Shown here in pieces: positions 22,246 to 35,900 of a stretch of 64,000 bases of DNA. This DNA comes from Laetmonice hystrix. Taxonomy: Eukaryota. The stretch lies in the NCBI GenBank assembly GCA_965235115.1, contig OZ249438.1, positions 40,920,001 through 40,984,000 on the forward strand, in the 5' to 3' direction. The first letter of the stretch is position 1, and every line of letters starts with the position of its first letter. The notes under the pieces were generated by a model. The model was not told where the DNA came from. It saw only the letters and a list, made by a program, of their open reading frames with translations, and made no database searches. The translations under genes and the position numbers were made by a program.

Positions 22246-23989
22246 TGATCAAATCTCAGCCCTCTCCAGTATACGAGCAACCCCCTCCAATAAAAAATTG
22301 TAGCCAGAGGCCCGCATGTCGCCTTGCTCGAATCGATGCAGTTTTGGTACTACCATATCATATGATACGGTCCGTATAATCAATGCACTTAACGTCCTAA
22401 CTATATGCACACACATATAGTCTCCATAGATGCCTGATGTATACTCTGACAACGTATTATAATTGATGGCCAGATAAAAAAAACTCTATTTGCCGCACCG
22501 CCTTCGTAAACCGATGCAGCCGTAAATTGGATGTTGGCCTTCTATGTAAGGGTCTGTCTTTCTTAGTTTAATCATTTCTGGAATGTTTCTCATAATAAGA
22601 CCTAGACTGCCGGGCGATGAAGGTCGGAACTGTAAGCCTGATATAAAATATGACTAGTCGTGTAAGATACAGGGCTCTATCTTCGTAAACATGTCGTTAA
22701 TAACGATATCATTATCACTCATTAGTAAGATCATTATCAACTAGTGGTCCACAAGTTATGGTCAGACCTGTAAGTCAGTGATAGCGTTATTATCTCAGGG
22801 TTTAGTGAGACAGGCCAAGGATAGCTGCACACATTCTAGCGGAATTTAATACCCGCCATCCACACAGGTCATAGGCCTACTCATTTTTTTAGGCCAATAT
22901 CATATTGGCAGATTGAGACTCAGCCCCAAACCTTTAGCCGTTATAGGCTAATATAGTAATGGAAATGTCTGTTAAACACAATGCCTGTCGAAGGTGACAA
23001 TGTATCATGTATTATCATACAGATTGTGTGGCGAAAAGTGAATCTGATCCAGGCTCAATAATTCACTTTATCACTTGCTTCCATAGTTTATTATCAGCAC
23101 TGTTGCCGTTAGATACATTTCGATTAAAACATATGGGAGCATGTTTGTGTATATTGACTATGCATATTATATCCACTAGCCCTATATCCAGTAACAAGAT
23201 AGACTGCGCCTGAAGCAACCGGCCAATTTTGTAAACTACTTGCCTGTTTGCGTCCCGATGACGATGTGCTTACAGACCCCGTGGCGAGACGGCACGGTCG
23301 CCGGTAGCAGAACCTACCGCGACATCAGGTCGCTTCCCACAGCGGGGCCTCATCTATTGCTAAAGGTTAGGGCAGCTGTCGCGCATCAATAGAGGACAGC
23401 CAACACCCCGGTGACGATTATCCCCCCCCCCCCGCAGCTTAGAGGCCGTAGGGCTCCCGAGCTGACTGCTGTAATATATGATTTAGCTCTAACATAGAAG
23501 AGGTGCAGTGTTAAGAAAGGTTGCTGGTCCCGCATGGTTCCAACTAATCAATAACCAGCTGACAGACATTCAATCCCACCACTGACAGGGAATCACAATG
23601 TGACCATGTTCAATATTGTGCTACTCGCATTACTGACGAACGACTCCACGAGGCGTGCCTGCTGTGCTGGAAACCCAAGCGTCATTCCCTATAGATAAGG
23701 CTGTGGAGACTCAACCAATAAAACCTATATTTAGAGTTGAAATCTTAGACACGTGTTGTTCTCGTTCTGACTTGGCTTGCCGATCTCCAGGGGTCTAGAT
23801 CTATCCGCGGGTTTATTGATGGGTCTATAATAGGCGGTATGTCAGTTGTAGCGTTAATCCTAAAATGCCCTCATTTTATCCTCTAAAAACGCAATTCGCA
23901 TTATACCATCAAGGTGGAGTTTCAGAAGTACATTGCCTTCTTCCTCTGGGGCTGATGTCACTTTGCTCCTTTGATATGTTCAATGTGGG

Positions 23990-24321
23990 TTAATGCCATC
24001 GACGGGCAGCACCGCCCCTTTGGCTGGCAGCATACAGCGGTAATCGTGACGTCACGAGCCTGCCCCCTGGCGGCGGCTGTAGGAGTCAGTGAGAATGCGT
24101 TTGCAGCGCGCCATCGTAACAGCCGCTGGGCGCTGGCGAATACAACCCGAACGTCGGCGAGCTGGCCCACCGCCTGCTGACACACACCGCCGACCCCAGC
24201 GCCTGGAACACGGGTAGGATCCTTCCCTCGGTCCCGTCTGTTACATAACAACCAGAGCGACCCGCGGAATAATACCATTGTGCTGGAAACAACACAGGAG
24301 GACATCGACAGAGGGTGAGAC
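23990..24321 (+). promoter_or_regulatory. Putative promoter / 5'UTR of stomatin 2
   Basis: CpG-rich stretch with the palindrome CGTGACGTCACG (CRE core) at 24045-24056, a CTCF-like TGCCCCCTGGCGGC at 24061 and an Inr-like TCAGT at 24086-24090. The transcription start is not known. Confidence 0.45.
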
Positions 24322-24394
24322 ATGTCGGCAGCTAACTCTAAGGAACCGCTGACGCAGGAGCTCCGAGGGCAGGTCCCTGCATCAACAGTGACCG
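24322..24394 (+). CDS. STOM: Stomatin 2 exon 1 (MSAANSKEPLTQELRGQVPASTVT-V), phase-1 donor
   Basis: gagacATG opens a frame to ACCG|gtaagc. Phase 1 matches exon 2. The upstream region is CpG/GC-rich and promoter-like. Confidence 0.72.
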
Positions 24395-25629
24395 GTAAGC
24401 TATCACCGTCCTCCCTATCACACCCACCTCCCTCATGTCTCGTGAGGGCGTCAGTGTCCCACCTATTCTCAGTGCTAGAATCTTGTAAACGCCTTTTAGA
24501 ACACAATTCTCCATGTTTCTGGTTGCCCTCGTGGTCCATAGGGGCCATATTGCCTTCATTGTTACTACATCACCATTGGTTGAGGGAGATGTTGCTGTAA
24601 CCTGCACTATTATAGTCTTAACTTGGAATGCAACAACTGTGCCCTGATCACTGGCGGATCCAGGATTTCACTAAGGGGGGGGGGGGGGCACAGAAAAGCA
24701 ATTCATGATTGTTTCCATTACTAATTAACGCTCATGCTCATGAGAGTTTTAGAGGTAGGCCTATATAGGCCTAAATAATAGCTCGGGCGTTCCCTGAGAT
24801 ACACCGTCAGTGTTAAAAGTAATTAAAAATGAGTAGGCTATAGGCCTAGCCGTGTATAGGCCTATAATTAGTGAAGCTAAAGGGGGGGCTGTGCCCCTTC
24901 GGGTCTGCCTTTGCTGATCTCCGGCGTTTATTGACGTCGTTATTTTTACGATGATCGGTTCATTCCGTCCTCTAAGCTGTCGTCGGCTGAAATACAATAC
25001 ACATCAATAAATGCCTGAAATACAATACACATCAATAAATGCCCGCACGCAGGGCGCCCGGCTGTAGGCCCTACTAGACCTATATACATGTATATATTGT
25101 GTAATATATTTTATATGGTTTTTTACCCTGTGCGACTGTATGACTGTTCTTTTCAAATCTACGAAGCTTCCCTCATGGTCCGAGTTCAGATGCTATACAG
25201 CTTGAGAATATCAGGGACCCTAACCAGGGATGGGTGCCTGGGGTGGGGGTCCTCAACCCCAGGGTAACATCCTTACATACATGGGCCAAACATGATCACT
25301 TAATCATAAATATCCACCTTTTCCCAAATAAAATCCCTGGGAGAAAAGGTCCACAAATAAGACTCTCACGTTTAGGAATCTTGCTTATAGGCCTAATACC
25401 GGAATTTGGGTTGGTCGTAGGCCTAGGCGAACGTAACGCATGTAATGGCGACACTTCTAGTGTGAGAATGTTTGTAAACATGTGCTAGGCAGGAGACGGA
25501 CACTGCAGGCATGCTTTCAATGTGGGGAGGAGGTGAGGCCCGGCACACAACGTGTGTTTATTGTGTTTATTTATATAAACATGGCCGCTGCAGAGAGAGA
25601 GATAGAGAGAGATAGGGAGAGAGAGGGGG

Positions 25630-25679
<50 letters not shown>

Positions 25680-26897
25680 GAGAGAGAGGCAATGGGCCTA
25701 ATGATACAGTGTGTCTTTTGGTTGGCCAATTGACGGTCTGTGGGAATGATGGTAAGAACCTCTGTAAGATACGGAAAGATATTACATCTTTCATAGACCC
25801 TCTATAACTTCAAACAAACATACTTCCTGGTGCTAAGTGATGCTCCTTTAAATTCTGTGAGATAGTTTTAATTCTTAATGTTCCGTCTATGACCTATCAT
25901 GATACAAATACCGTACTGAAACTTGTGGCGCCACCTGTTGGCCATGTCGTCAGCATGAAATGCTATTATGGATTCCGTACTGAGTATAAAAAAGTAAACT
26001 TAATAAAATATTTGTTTATCATGATGAACTAGCCCGTTATCCATAGAAAATTCCGAAATGACCCTTTAACTAATGGATATGGTAGAAGATGACCAGAAAT
26101 ACCCGTTTTCCTGAAAGGTAGGCCTATGGCGACACGTGAAATATGAATTGGTGATCTGGAGTTATGTGGGCGCGGAGTGAGTGGTTTTGATGGATGGCGG
26201 TCCATCCACCGGCCGCTGGCCGTCTCACAATGCCATGCGGTCATCAGTGGACACAGAATCCGGCACAGGTGGAGACGACCAGCAGGCGCCTCTCACCATC
26301 CATACCTCGTCATCTCACCGCCTCGTATGGCAGTCATAACTCAGTCACCGACTAACGTAAGGTGTCCGAATGGCACTATCTACATGTCAAGTATATTATA
26401 TTCAGTACTATTACTGGCACGCAGCCGAAAGATTTTTTAGTGGTGAATTTCCCCATTGATTACTGGGGTCTACTGCCCCCTTGCTCGGTGCGACCTTGTT
26501 AGAGAGAAACAGAAAATGCCAATGCCTGCAAGAAGGTCGATTTTATTCGATTTATGATACCAGTTACATTGCACTCCATATCCCCTACATCTTACATCTG
26601 AGTCAGTACTCGTGCGGCACACCCTCTTTTTGTACAAGTTCCCACCATGAAGAAAACAACTCTCTCTAGAATGGGGACAGGGATCCCCCTGATGACGACT
26701 AGATAGTGATGACACCCCTGATGACGAGTGGCCCTTTACAGGAGGCAGCGAACGGCGCTCCGCTGTTAACGAACGGCAGCGAACGAACGGCAGCGAACGG
26801 CGCTCCGCTGTTAATATTAAGGCGCCAATTACTGTGGATAGGCTGGAGAGCGACGTGGGAGATAAATAGACAGATGGGAAGAGAGAGAGACAGACAA

Positions 26898-26974
<77 letters not shown>

Positions 26975-29900
26975 GGGGGAGAGACAGTGTGAGAGGGACA
27001 GAGAGAAAGAGACAGACAGACAGACAGAGGGAGAGAGACCATGGGAGAGGGACACAGACACAGACAGACAGACCGACAGACAGACAGACAGACAGACAGA
27101 GGGAGAGAGACCATGTGAGAGGGACAGAGACACAGACAGAGACAGACAGACCGACAGACAGACGGAGAGAGACAATGGGAGAGGGACAGAGACAGAGAAA
27201 CAGACAGAGACAGACAGAGACAGGCAGACAGATAGACAGAGGGAGAGAGACAATGGGAGAAGGACAAAGACAGACAGAGACATCAGTTATTGTAATAGGC
27301 CTACAGTTATATGGCCACATACAATACTATCGTATATGACTATATAAAATGCATGGAGCCATCACTGTAAAAGCATTGATGCATTTCATTTTATACATTT
27401 ATAATGGATCCAATCTGTTCCATGTACTATTTAATGCCAGAGCACGTTCATTATATTGTAAATGGCACTATGCCTGCCTCTATAGCAAGCATTGGCTACA
27501 TAGACGCTCGGAACCTTATGGTGAGCGTATCTCCTTTTGCCAAACGGCGGCTCTGAATTTAAGACGTTTTTAGAACACATATTGCTTTCATCGTACAGCC
27601 TCCGCGTTTAATTATAACATAAATGATAACTAGTTAGACTTTCATTGGCTCGCTGTAAAACTTAGGACCATCAGTGGGAAATCTTCGCCAATACTGGCGG
27701 TGGTTTCAAGAGGGTTAGCCTCGGGGTGGTAACTGGGATGTCATATTGACTTCTTCTTCAAAGATAGATTATTCTAATCTCGAGTATGAATGATAGAGGC
27801 GCCACAGCGCGGCACATCAGCCCGCCCACAAGTTGTTTCCCAACAGAAGATAATCAGATAGGAAATTCAAATGCTATTAACTCTAATTTTGTACTGTATA
27901 TGTAGGCTATATGGCCGATAGGGTATAGTTTCACGAAAGAGCAAACCGGATTTCAATTTGATGACCGGTATTACAAAGTCAAAGTTGTTTGTCAAAACAT
28001 ACGCACACCGCATTTAAATGATCGACCTTTCTACATACAGCAGAAAAAAAAAGAAAAAAAAAGTCGGGATTACATGCAGTCAATAACTGGACCCGGACCC
28101 GGTCCCAAACCGTTCAGTTGGTAATCTAAAGGCCTAAATAAAAAAAATTGTAAAACGCATTTTGAAAAATTAAACCTCCTGTCCCGAACGGACAAAACAC
28201 TAAATTGATTGCACCTTTTCCGCAAAAAGTGAGCAAGCGGCAGGTGGAGGACGGGAGGTCAATAGTCAGGCTCCAGGCGGCAGGTGGAGGACGGGAGGTC
28301 AATAGTCAGGCTCCAGGCGGCAGGTGGAGGACGGGAGGTCAATAGTCAGGCTCCAGGCGGCAGGTGGAGGACGGGAGGTCAATAGTCAGGCTCCAGGCGG
28401 CAGGTGGAGGACGGGAGGTCAATAGTCAGGCTCCAGGCGGTATAGGTGGGGGACGGCTGGCCTGGAGCCGGGAGGTCAATAGTCAGGCTCCAGGCGGTAG
28501 GTGGGGGACGGCTGGCCTGGAGCCGGCAGGTCAATAGTCAGGCTCCAGGCGGTAGGTGGGGGACGGCTGGCCTGGAGCCGGGAGGTCAATAGTCAGGCTC
28601 CAGGCGGTAGGTGGGGGACGGCTGGCCTGGAGCCGGGAGGTCAATAGTCAGGCTCCAGGCGGTAGGTGGGGGACGGCTGGCCTGGAGCCGGGAGGTCAAT
28701 AGTCAGGCTCCAGGCGGTAGGTAGGGGACGGCTGGCCTGGAGCCGGGAGGTCAATAGTCAGTGGATGCCGCTCATTAGGTCTTCCTCAATCCATCACCAC
28801 CACCGCCCACCAGGCACTTTTATCATATAGAAAATACCATAAAACTGAAGTCCTGCGACTCTACCTTAAAGTCGAGTACAGCAGAACGATATCAGCAAGA
28901 CAAATGGACTATAAATAGAAGCGATTGTTGAGTTAATTTATAGTCTATTCCACGATTCGGCCTCCGTTGTCGTTGAACACCAATAAGCTCGGTTAGAATT
29001 ACGTGTAAGGAGCAAAATACTTGCTGTACCGCTACAAAACCGGCTGAGTGGATCGTCCACATTACGTGTAAGGAGTCGCATTACGTGTAAATACAAGAGA
29101 TGAAGGCTAAATAATAGGGAGAATATTGACAAGTGTACTATCGATCTGTCATTGGTGTCAATATTACCCCCCCCCCCCCCCCCCCTCCATCCCGAGCCGG
29201 CGCTGGCATTAACAGATAAACAGTATCCCTAAAAATATATCCTGGTGTAAACTTAAGATCCATGGGAATCAATGAAACTAACAGCTCTTACAAAAAGAGA
29301 GAATTCTCCATCATCATTTTAATACCATTGACAATCGCTGCTAATTGTCTTGCGACATGTTTTGTCCTGCTGATATCTTTCGTATATAGTTTTTATGCTG
29401 TTATACCTACTAGCATGATGGCTTAAGACAGGTGATACAAAAACGCTCACAACTTTGTTACACATGATTGGGAATGCCTGCAACGTTTCACAGGGTTATC
29501 ATCGTACCCTTTGTGATTGGACAGTCCCACAGTCATCAGTCGAGCCCACGCGTGTATGGCGACAGTCACACCTCATCGACGCCGCCTTCCGATCATCCGG
29601 GCACCTTCACGATTATGACGCAGGTAAAAAAGGGCGCCGGATGTGGATGTATCCATGGACGGCCTACATCCATTTATGTCGGATATTCCTCCGCCTGTAG
29701 CTTGGATATAATAGGACCTATACTTACCCGGGGTTCATGGAGATGTTGTGAATGTATGCATGGTGATGCGGAAAAATACAACGGTCGCGACTTTAATGGG
29801 AGAGGACGATACTTTATGGCAGCTAACAGAATAGTCGCAAAACGTTTTAAATGAATCACATAGCGAACTATTTTTGGGGTTGCCGGATCTTGCACACAAG

Positions 29901-32900
29901 GGATGTAACTCGGTTTGTGTGTCGGTCCGTGAGAGAACATAACAAGCGATGAGCATGAGATGCTTGCCATGGGTGACTAGCATGTAATCCGGGAGCTAAG
30001 CCGGTTAAGGCGCCAACTCTGTAAGTACATTGTATTACCAAGGACCTGCTAACCCAGCACGGTTAGGTTTTACTCCTGTCGTCTGTCGGTTGGATAAAAG
30101 CCAAGGTTGGCTGTCATTTAGAGGTCAATGCACGTCTTTAGATAAATCCTTCTTCGATGGAATAATGCTGTTTGTTTCTTGGGATATCTGGAGTGGCCAC
30201 AAATTGATATGTAGGCCTATATTATAGTATTGCTATTATCTTATATAGTCTGTTCACTCTAAGTAGAGCTCGACCTCGGCCTCATTAAAGCTATCATTTC
30301 ATTTGGGGTAATACAGAACCACGTGGAATTTGGTCATATTCTTGAATGACAGGCGGTGATGACTTGTGATACGCCAGCTGTGGGTAGACGGGAGGAGGGG
30401 GGGCAGGTCAGAGCTTTAATGAGGCCGAGGTCGAGCTCTTCTTAGAGCGAACAGACTATAGTAATCAACGTTCATTTATGAAGGCACGCAATTGTCTGAC
30501 ATTCCAATAATAAGAGTCACATGTTGATTTACTATTACAATAGCCTATAATGTCAGAAGGGAAATTTCTATTTTTGGGAAGCGTGCTGCATGTTGGCTCC
30601 AGGCCTCGCTATGAATGACATAAACTGGATCTGTAGATCTCGGGCTGTCGATGTACCTATACCACACGCCAGATTTTCATGTTTCCCTCTATAGCACGTT
30701 ACACATGCTATGATTTGGTTTTAAAGGTGCTATTCGTGAACAAAAATTCAATTTTTTTATTTTTAATTTTGTTGACGTTTATGTGATCCCACCTATCATG
30801 GAAATAGATTCACAACAAAGGAAATCAAAATTTTTCATGGATAACGGCACAAATGGGGCTCTCTCAGAAGGCCTGTGGAGACCCTAGCTGACACGCCCCA
30901 CCATAGGAAATGGCTCTATCTCGGTGCGCACCGAGATAGGTTTCAAATGCTGCACACAAACTAATAGAAGGTTTATCAGGCCAATGGTATCGGTAGGAAT
31001 TTTTTCTAGTACTATGTGCACAATGTATGATAGGAGAAATGCCATTCTGTGCGAGACGAATAGCACCTTTAATAATTTCTGGTTTTAACACTTTCTTTCT
31101 TTTATGGTTCCCCCTACTTGAAGGTTTTCAGTTTACTTCTGCAGTGCAGAATTGCCTCGTCATCAGAATGTTACGCTGTGGTCTTTCTGCCTTACCATAA
31201 ACCTTGGAGTAAAGAGCTTACAGCGGACGACCGGCGCCTTGTCCTGTGTGTTTCGCTGACGTGCATGCGATGATGACGCGTCAACCGAGGTCCTCGACCG
31301 GCCTCGACGTTGTGCTGACTACAGCATTAGCAGAACCTTCCATGGCCAATAACCTAAAAAATCTCCCTCTAGAGGGAGTCAGAGGCGCCAGGGAAGGAAA
31401 CGTTAACATTAGAGAGCAAGGCGAGAGCTATATTACATGCAATATATATATGTTGATGTTTACAGACTCACCTTTGTACAGTAAATCCACGACCAATACT
31501 TTCTCGGGCGCGATCGTCCCTGCTGACACCAAGTCGTTTNNNNNNNNNNNNNNNNNNNNNNNNNNNNNNNNNNNNNNNNNNNNNNNNNNNNNNNNNNNNN
31601 NNNNNNNNNNNNNNNNNNNNNNNNNNNNNNNNNNNNNNNNNNNNNNNNNNNNNNNNNNNNNNNNNNNNNNNNNNNNNNNNNNNNNNNNNNNNNNNNNNNN
31701 NNNNNNNNNNNNNNNNNNNNNNNNNNNNNNNNNNCTAATCCCTGTGTCCACATGCAAGCCTCACTTTGACAGATCTCAGCCGATTTCATTCTCTCCGCCC
31801 CAAGTGTCGTATTCTGGACGTGCAAGCCAGGTCAATCGCTACGTCCGTCTAAATGATACATGTAAAGATATAACAAACAGAAACAGAAACATCAGAATAT
31901 ATACGGCATTCATACCCTGGTTACTACAAAATTACAACTCTGGCGCCTTACAGTGGTATAGATCAAGCTTCTGTCGAATGAGAGAAAGTAGAAAAAGAAA
32001 AGGAGAATGAGTAGGAGAATGAGGCGATGGGAAGATAATTGGAATGTTGTAATTGAAAACTTGATGATATTACTCGTCAATAAGCCTGCCGCAGAGATTA
32101 CCAGAGAGTGACTCGAAAGGGCAGATTTTGCCCCAAATGACCTCTGTAATCGGGAAATATTGCCGCAATGAATCTAATTAGGAGTCGCCGCGATCACAGA
32201 GAAAACGGATAATGATGTCGGTGGGGATGAGACTGCTGCGGTTGGAAATCATGACCAGGCGTTGGCAGCTGACCGTCTCAGTGTGAAATCATGGCCAGGC
32301 GTTGGCAGCTGACCGTCTCAGTGTGAAATCATGGCCAGGCGTTGGCAGCTGACCGTCTCAGTGTGAAATCGTGGCCAGGCGTTGGCAGCTGACCGTCTCA
32401 GTGTGAAATCATGACCAGGCGTTGGCAGCTGACCGTCAGTGTGAAATCATGACCAGGCGTTGGCAGCTGACCGTCTCAGTGTGAAATCATGGCCAGGCGT
32501 TGGCAGCTGACCGTCAGTGTGAAATCATGGCCAGGCATTGGCAGCTGACCGTCTCAGTGTAAAATCATGGCCAGGCATTGGCAGCTGGCCGTCTCAGCGT
32601 GAAATCATGGCCAGGCGTTGGCAGCTGACCGTCAGTGTGAAATCATGGCCAGGCGTTGACAGCTGCCCATCTCAGTGTGAAATCATGGCCAGAGGTTGGC
32701 AGCTGACCGTCTCAGTGTGTGAAATTATGGCCAGGCGTTGACAGCTGACCGTCAGTGTGAAACCATGGCCAGGCGTTGACAGCTGACCGTCTCAGTGTGG
32801 GGAATGATACGTCCTCGGTCGAGATTACTTTAGCCAATTAACCCCGCAATCAAAGCAGCCCTGAGATATGTCTAGGAGATCAGCACATCGGTCTTTTCCC

Positions 32901-35900
32901 ACCGACCGATTGCGTCTGATGCTAACACGCATGCAATTGCTATACCGAAGGGCGGTGGGGAAAAGGCCAACTTGTCTTAACAAAACGCGGCGGTATTCAT
33001 AGAGGCGTAGAAACGATAGCTACATTTACAACCGAATGGATGGCTGTGTGTATGATGTAATTAATACATGTCATGTCACGACCACTTTGAGTTGGTTCGT
33101 TGAGGGGATTCTGATGGAAGCATGCCCGACCCGTCTGCGGTAGAGAACCCTCCGCCTCAGTGGCAGGGTAACGAGGGCTGGGGGTCCTTTATTACCCACT
33201 AGGGCAGCACTGGTGGGGATTCCTACCAATAATCCACGATGTTTCCAGGTCCTCGTTCACCACGCTAGCGAGACCTCCCACAGATCTGTTACTTCCCATC
33301 AAATGGTAGGCCCTGGCGGGAAATATCCTGCCTCAGAAAGATGTAGGACTTCCCATCAAATGGTAGGCCCTGGCGGGAAATATCCTGCCTCAGAAAGATG
33401 TAGGACTTCCCATCAAATGGTAGGCCCTGGCGGGAAATATCCTGCCTCAGAAAGATGTAGGACTTCCCATTAAAATGGTAGGCCCTGGCAGGAAATATCC
33501 TGCCTCAGAAAGATGTAGGACTTCCCATCAAATGGCAGGCCCTGGCGGAATATATCCTGCCTCAGAAAGATGTAGGACGTCCCATCAAATGGTAGGCCCT
33601 GGCGGGAAATATCCTGCCTCAGAAAGATGTAGGACTTCCCATCAAAATGGTAGGCCCTGGCGGGAAATATCCTGCCTCAGAAAGATGTAGGACTTCCCAT
33701 CAAAATGGTAGGCCCTGGCAGGAAATATCCTGCCTCAGAAGGATGTAGGTGAACGTATGTATCCCATCAAATGGTAGGCCCTGGCGGGAAATATCCTGCC
33801 TCAGAAAGATGTAGGACTTCCCATCAAATGGTAGGCCCTGGCGGGAAATATCCTGCCTCAGAAGGATGTAGGACTTCCCATTAAATGGTAGGCCCTGGCA
33901 GGAAATATCCTGCCTCAGAAAGATGTAGGTGAACGTATGTATGCATCATGTGCAGGCCTGATCTGTAGGACGGGTGTGTGGGTGAGGGTGTTCACATAAT
34001 TCTCTTACATCATTGTGTTGATGGTAGCAGGGAAATGGCGGGGAAGGTATTACCCCGGGACCCACTCTGCATGGCTCTCAGCGGTACTCTATAATTGCTC
34101 ACGGATACCTAAAAATTAAATAAAAATAAAACGCCGATAATATATACGAAAGGTCATGAGGGAGGAGCACTATTAAGTCGTGGAACCCGAACCGCCTATT
34201 AGGATACCATTGCCTACTGTATACTGTTTATAAAGACCACTTGAAGACGCCACTGAGACCAGCCCAGATTCTGTACGATATTATCATCAAGTCGAAGCCA
34301 GCGTCACGTCCAGATATATGTCTATATCTAAAGCTGTTGACACACCAATAACTTTTTTTCAGTGCGCTTCGATGCGCATTGAATCCACATATGGATGTGG
34401 TTTGGGTTCAGTGCGATTTCATGCGCATTGGGAACCGTGTTGGGTGTGTCACGAACCGTATCAATGCGATTTAAATCGATTTCAAGCGCATTGGAGCGTC
34501 GGTGTGTCAACGGTATGAGGAGCTGAGAGCCGACGTCAAGAGCGGAGTTGGCAGACCGCCAGTGTGGTGGTAGTCCGTTCTCTGAGGTGGACGGCACTGG
34601 CGGTAGTGTCAGTGTGGTACAGGCGCCACCGTGTCAGAGGGCCTGTGTCAGTGTGATACAGGCGCCACCGTGTCAGAGGGCCCGTGTCAGTGTGGTACAG
34701 GCGCCACCGTGTCAGAGGGCCTGTGTCAGTGTGGTACAGGCGCCACCGTGTCAGAGGGCCTGTGTCAGTGTGATACAGGCGTCACCCTGTCAGAGGGCCT
34801 GTGTCAGTGTGGTACAGGCGCCACCGTGTCAGAAGGCCTGTGTCAGTGTGGTACAGGCGCCACCGTGTCAGAGGGCCTGTGTCAGTGTGGTACAGGCGCC
34901 ACCGTGTCAGAGGGCCTGTGTCAGTGTGATACAGGCGTCACCCTGTCAGAGGGCCTGTGTCAGTGTGATACAGGCGTCACCCTGTCAGACGGCCTGTGTC
35001 AGTGTGGTACAGGCGTCACCCTGTCAGACGGCCTGTGTCAGTGTGATACAGGCGCCACCGTGTCAGAAGGCCTGTACGTGTCAGTGTGATACAGGCGCCA
35101 CCGTGTCAGAAGGCCTGTGTCAGTGTGGTACAGGCGTCACCCTGTCAGAAGGCCTGTGTCAGTGTGGTACAAGCGTCACCCTGTCAGAAGGCCTGTGTCA
35201 GTGTGGTACAGGCGTCACCCTGTCAGAAGGCCTGTGTCAGTGTGGTACAGGCGTCACGGTGCCAGGTGGCATTTGTCACTGTGCTACAGGCGTCACCCTG
35301 TCAAACGGTCCAGACAAACACTGTGGGAGGCAGCTGGCCGCTGAGTCTCCTGTCAACATGGAGAAGACAGTTAACTGAGGAGAAAGCCATCCTAACTAAT
35401 AGATTTGCTCTGTATTGACCATCCGGGAATGAATTATCGATGTGGTTGTCGGTGTTGAGTGTTAAATAGCCCTCCCGGGCTCCCAACCATGGGGTCTTCT
35501 TCACGTCGTCCCGATCCCATATGTATAGGGCCTGTCGATCTCATATGTATAGGGCCTGTCGATCTCATATGTATAGGGCCTGTCGACCGTTTATAACACA
35601 AGCTTGTATAGGGTCCCGTCGGAGATGTTCTTGGTATAGACTATAAATGATAGAATCCGAAAACAAGACCTGGTTGTTTACGGTAAGGACCGAATCATGT
35701 TCCCACGAATTATACTTGATATACCTGACATGATATTTAGACATGTCTTTATAGCCTATAGAGAAGAATGTGCGGTTTCCTTTAACAACATACTTTCCGA
35801 AACCAGCAACCAGAATTAAAAGTAGTCCTTCATAATTATAACCAGTTTACCTAAAACCCATACATGAGACCGCTGTCGGGTCCCGACACTTGTGTAAAGT

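Noticed and set aside
26685-26760. CTGATGA motifs suggesting a hammerhead ribozyme (also near 44545 and 60980)
   Set aside because: No stem II followed by GAAA in the right register.
29165-29205. Poly-C followed by ...GAGCCGGCGCTG, resembling one end of another hAT-like MITE
   Set aside because: No matching opposite end or TSD was found nearby.
31246-32010. ORFs spanning the N gaps (also 51122..51593)
   Set aside because: They are artificially lengthened by runs of X.
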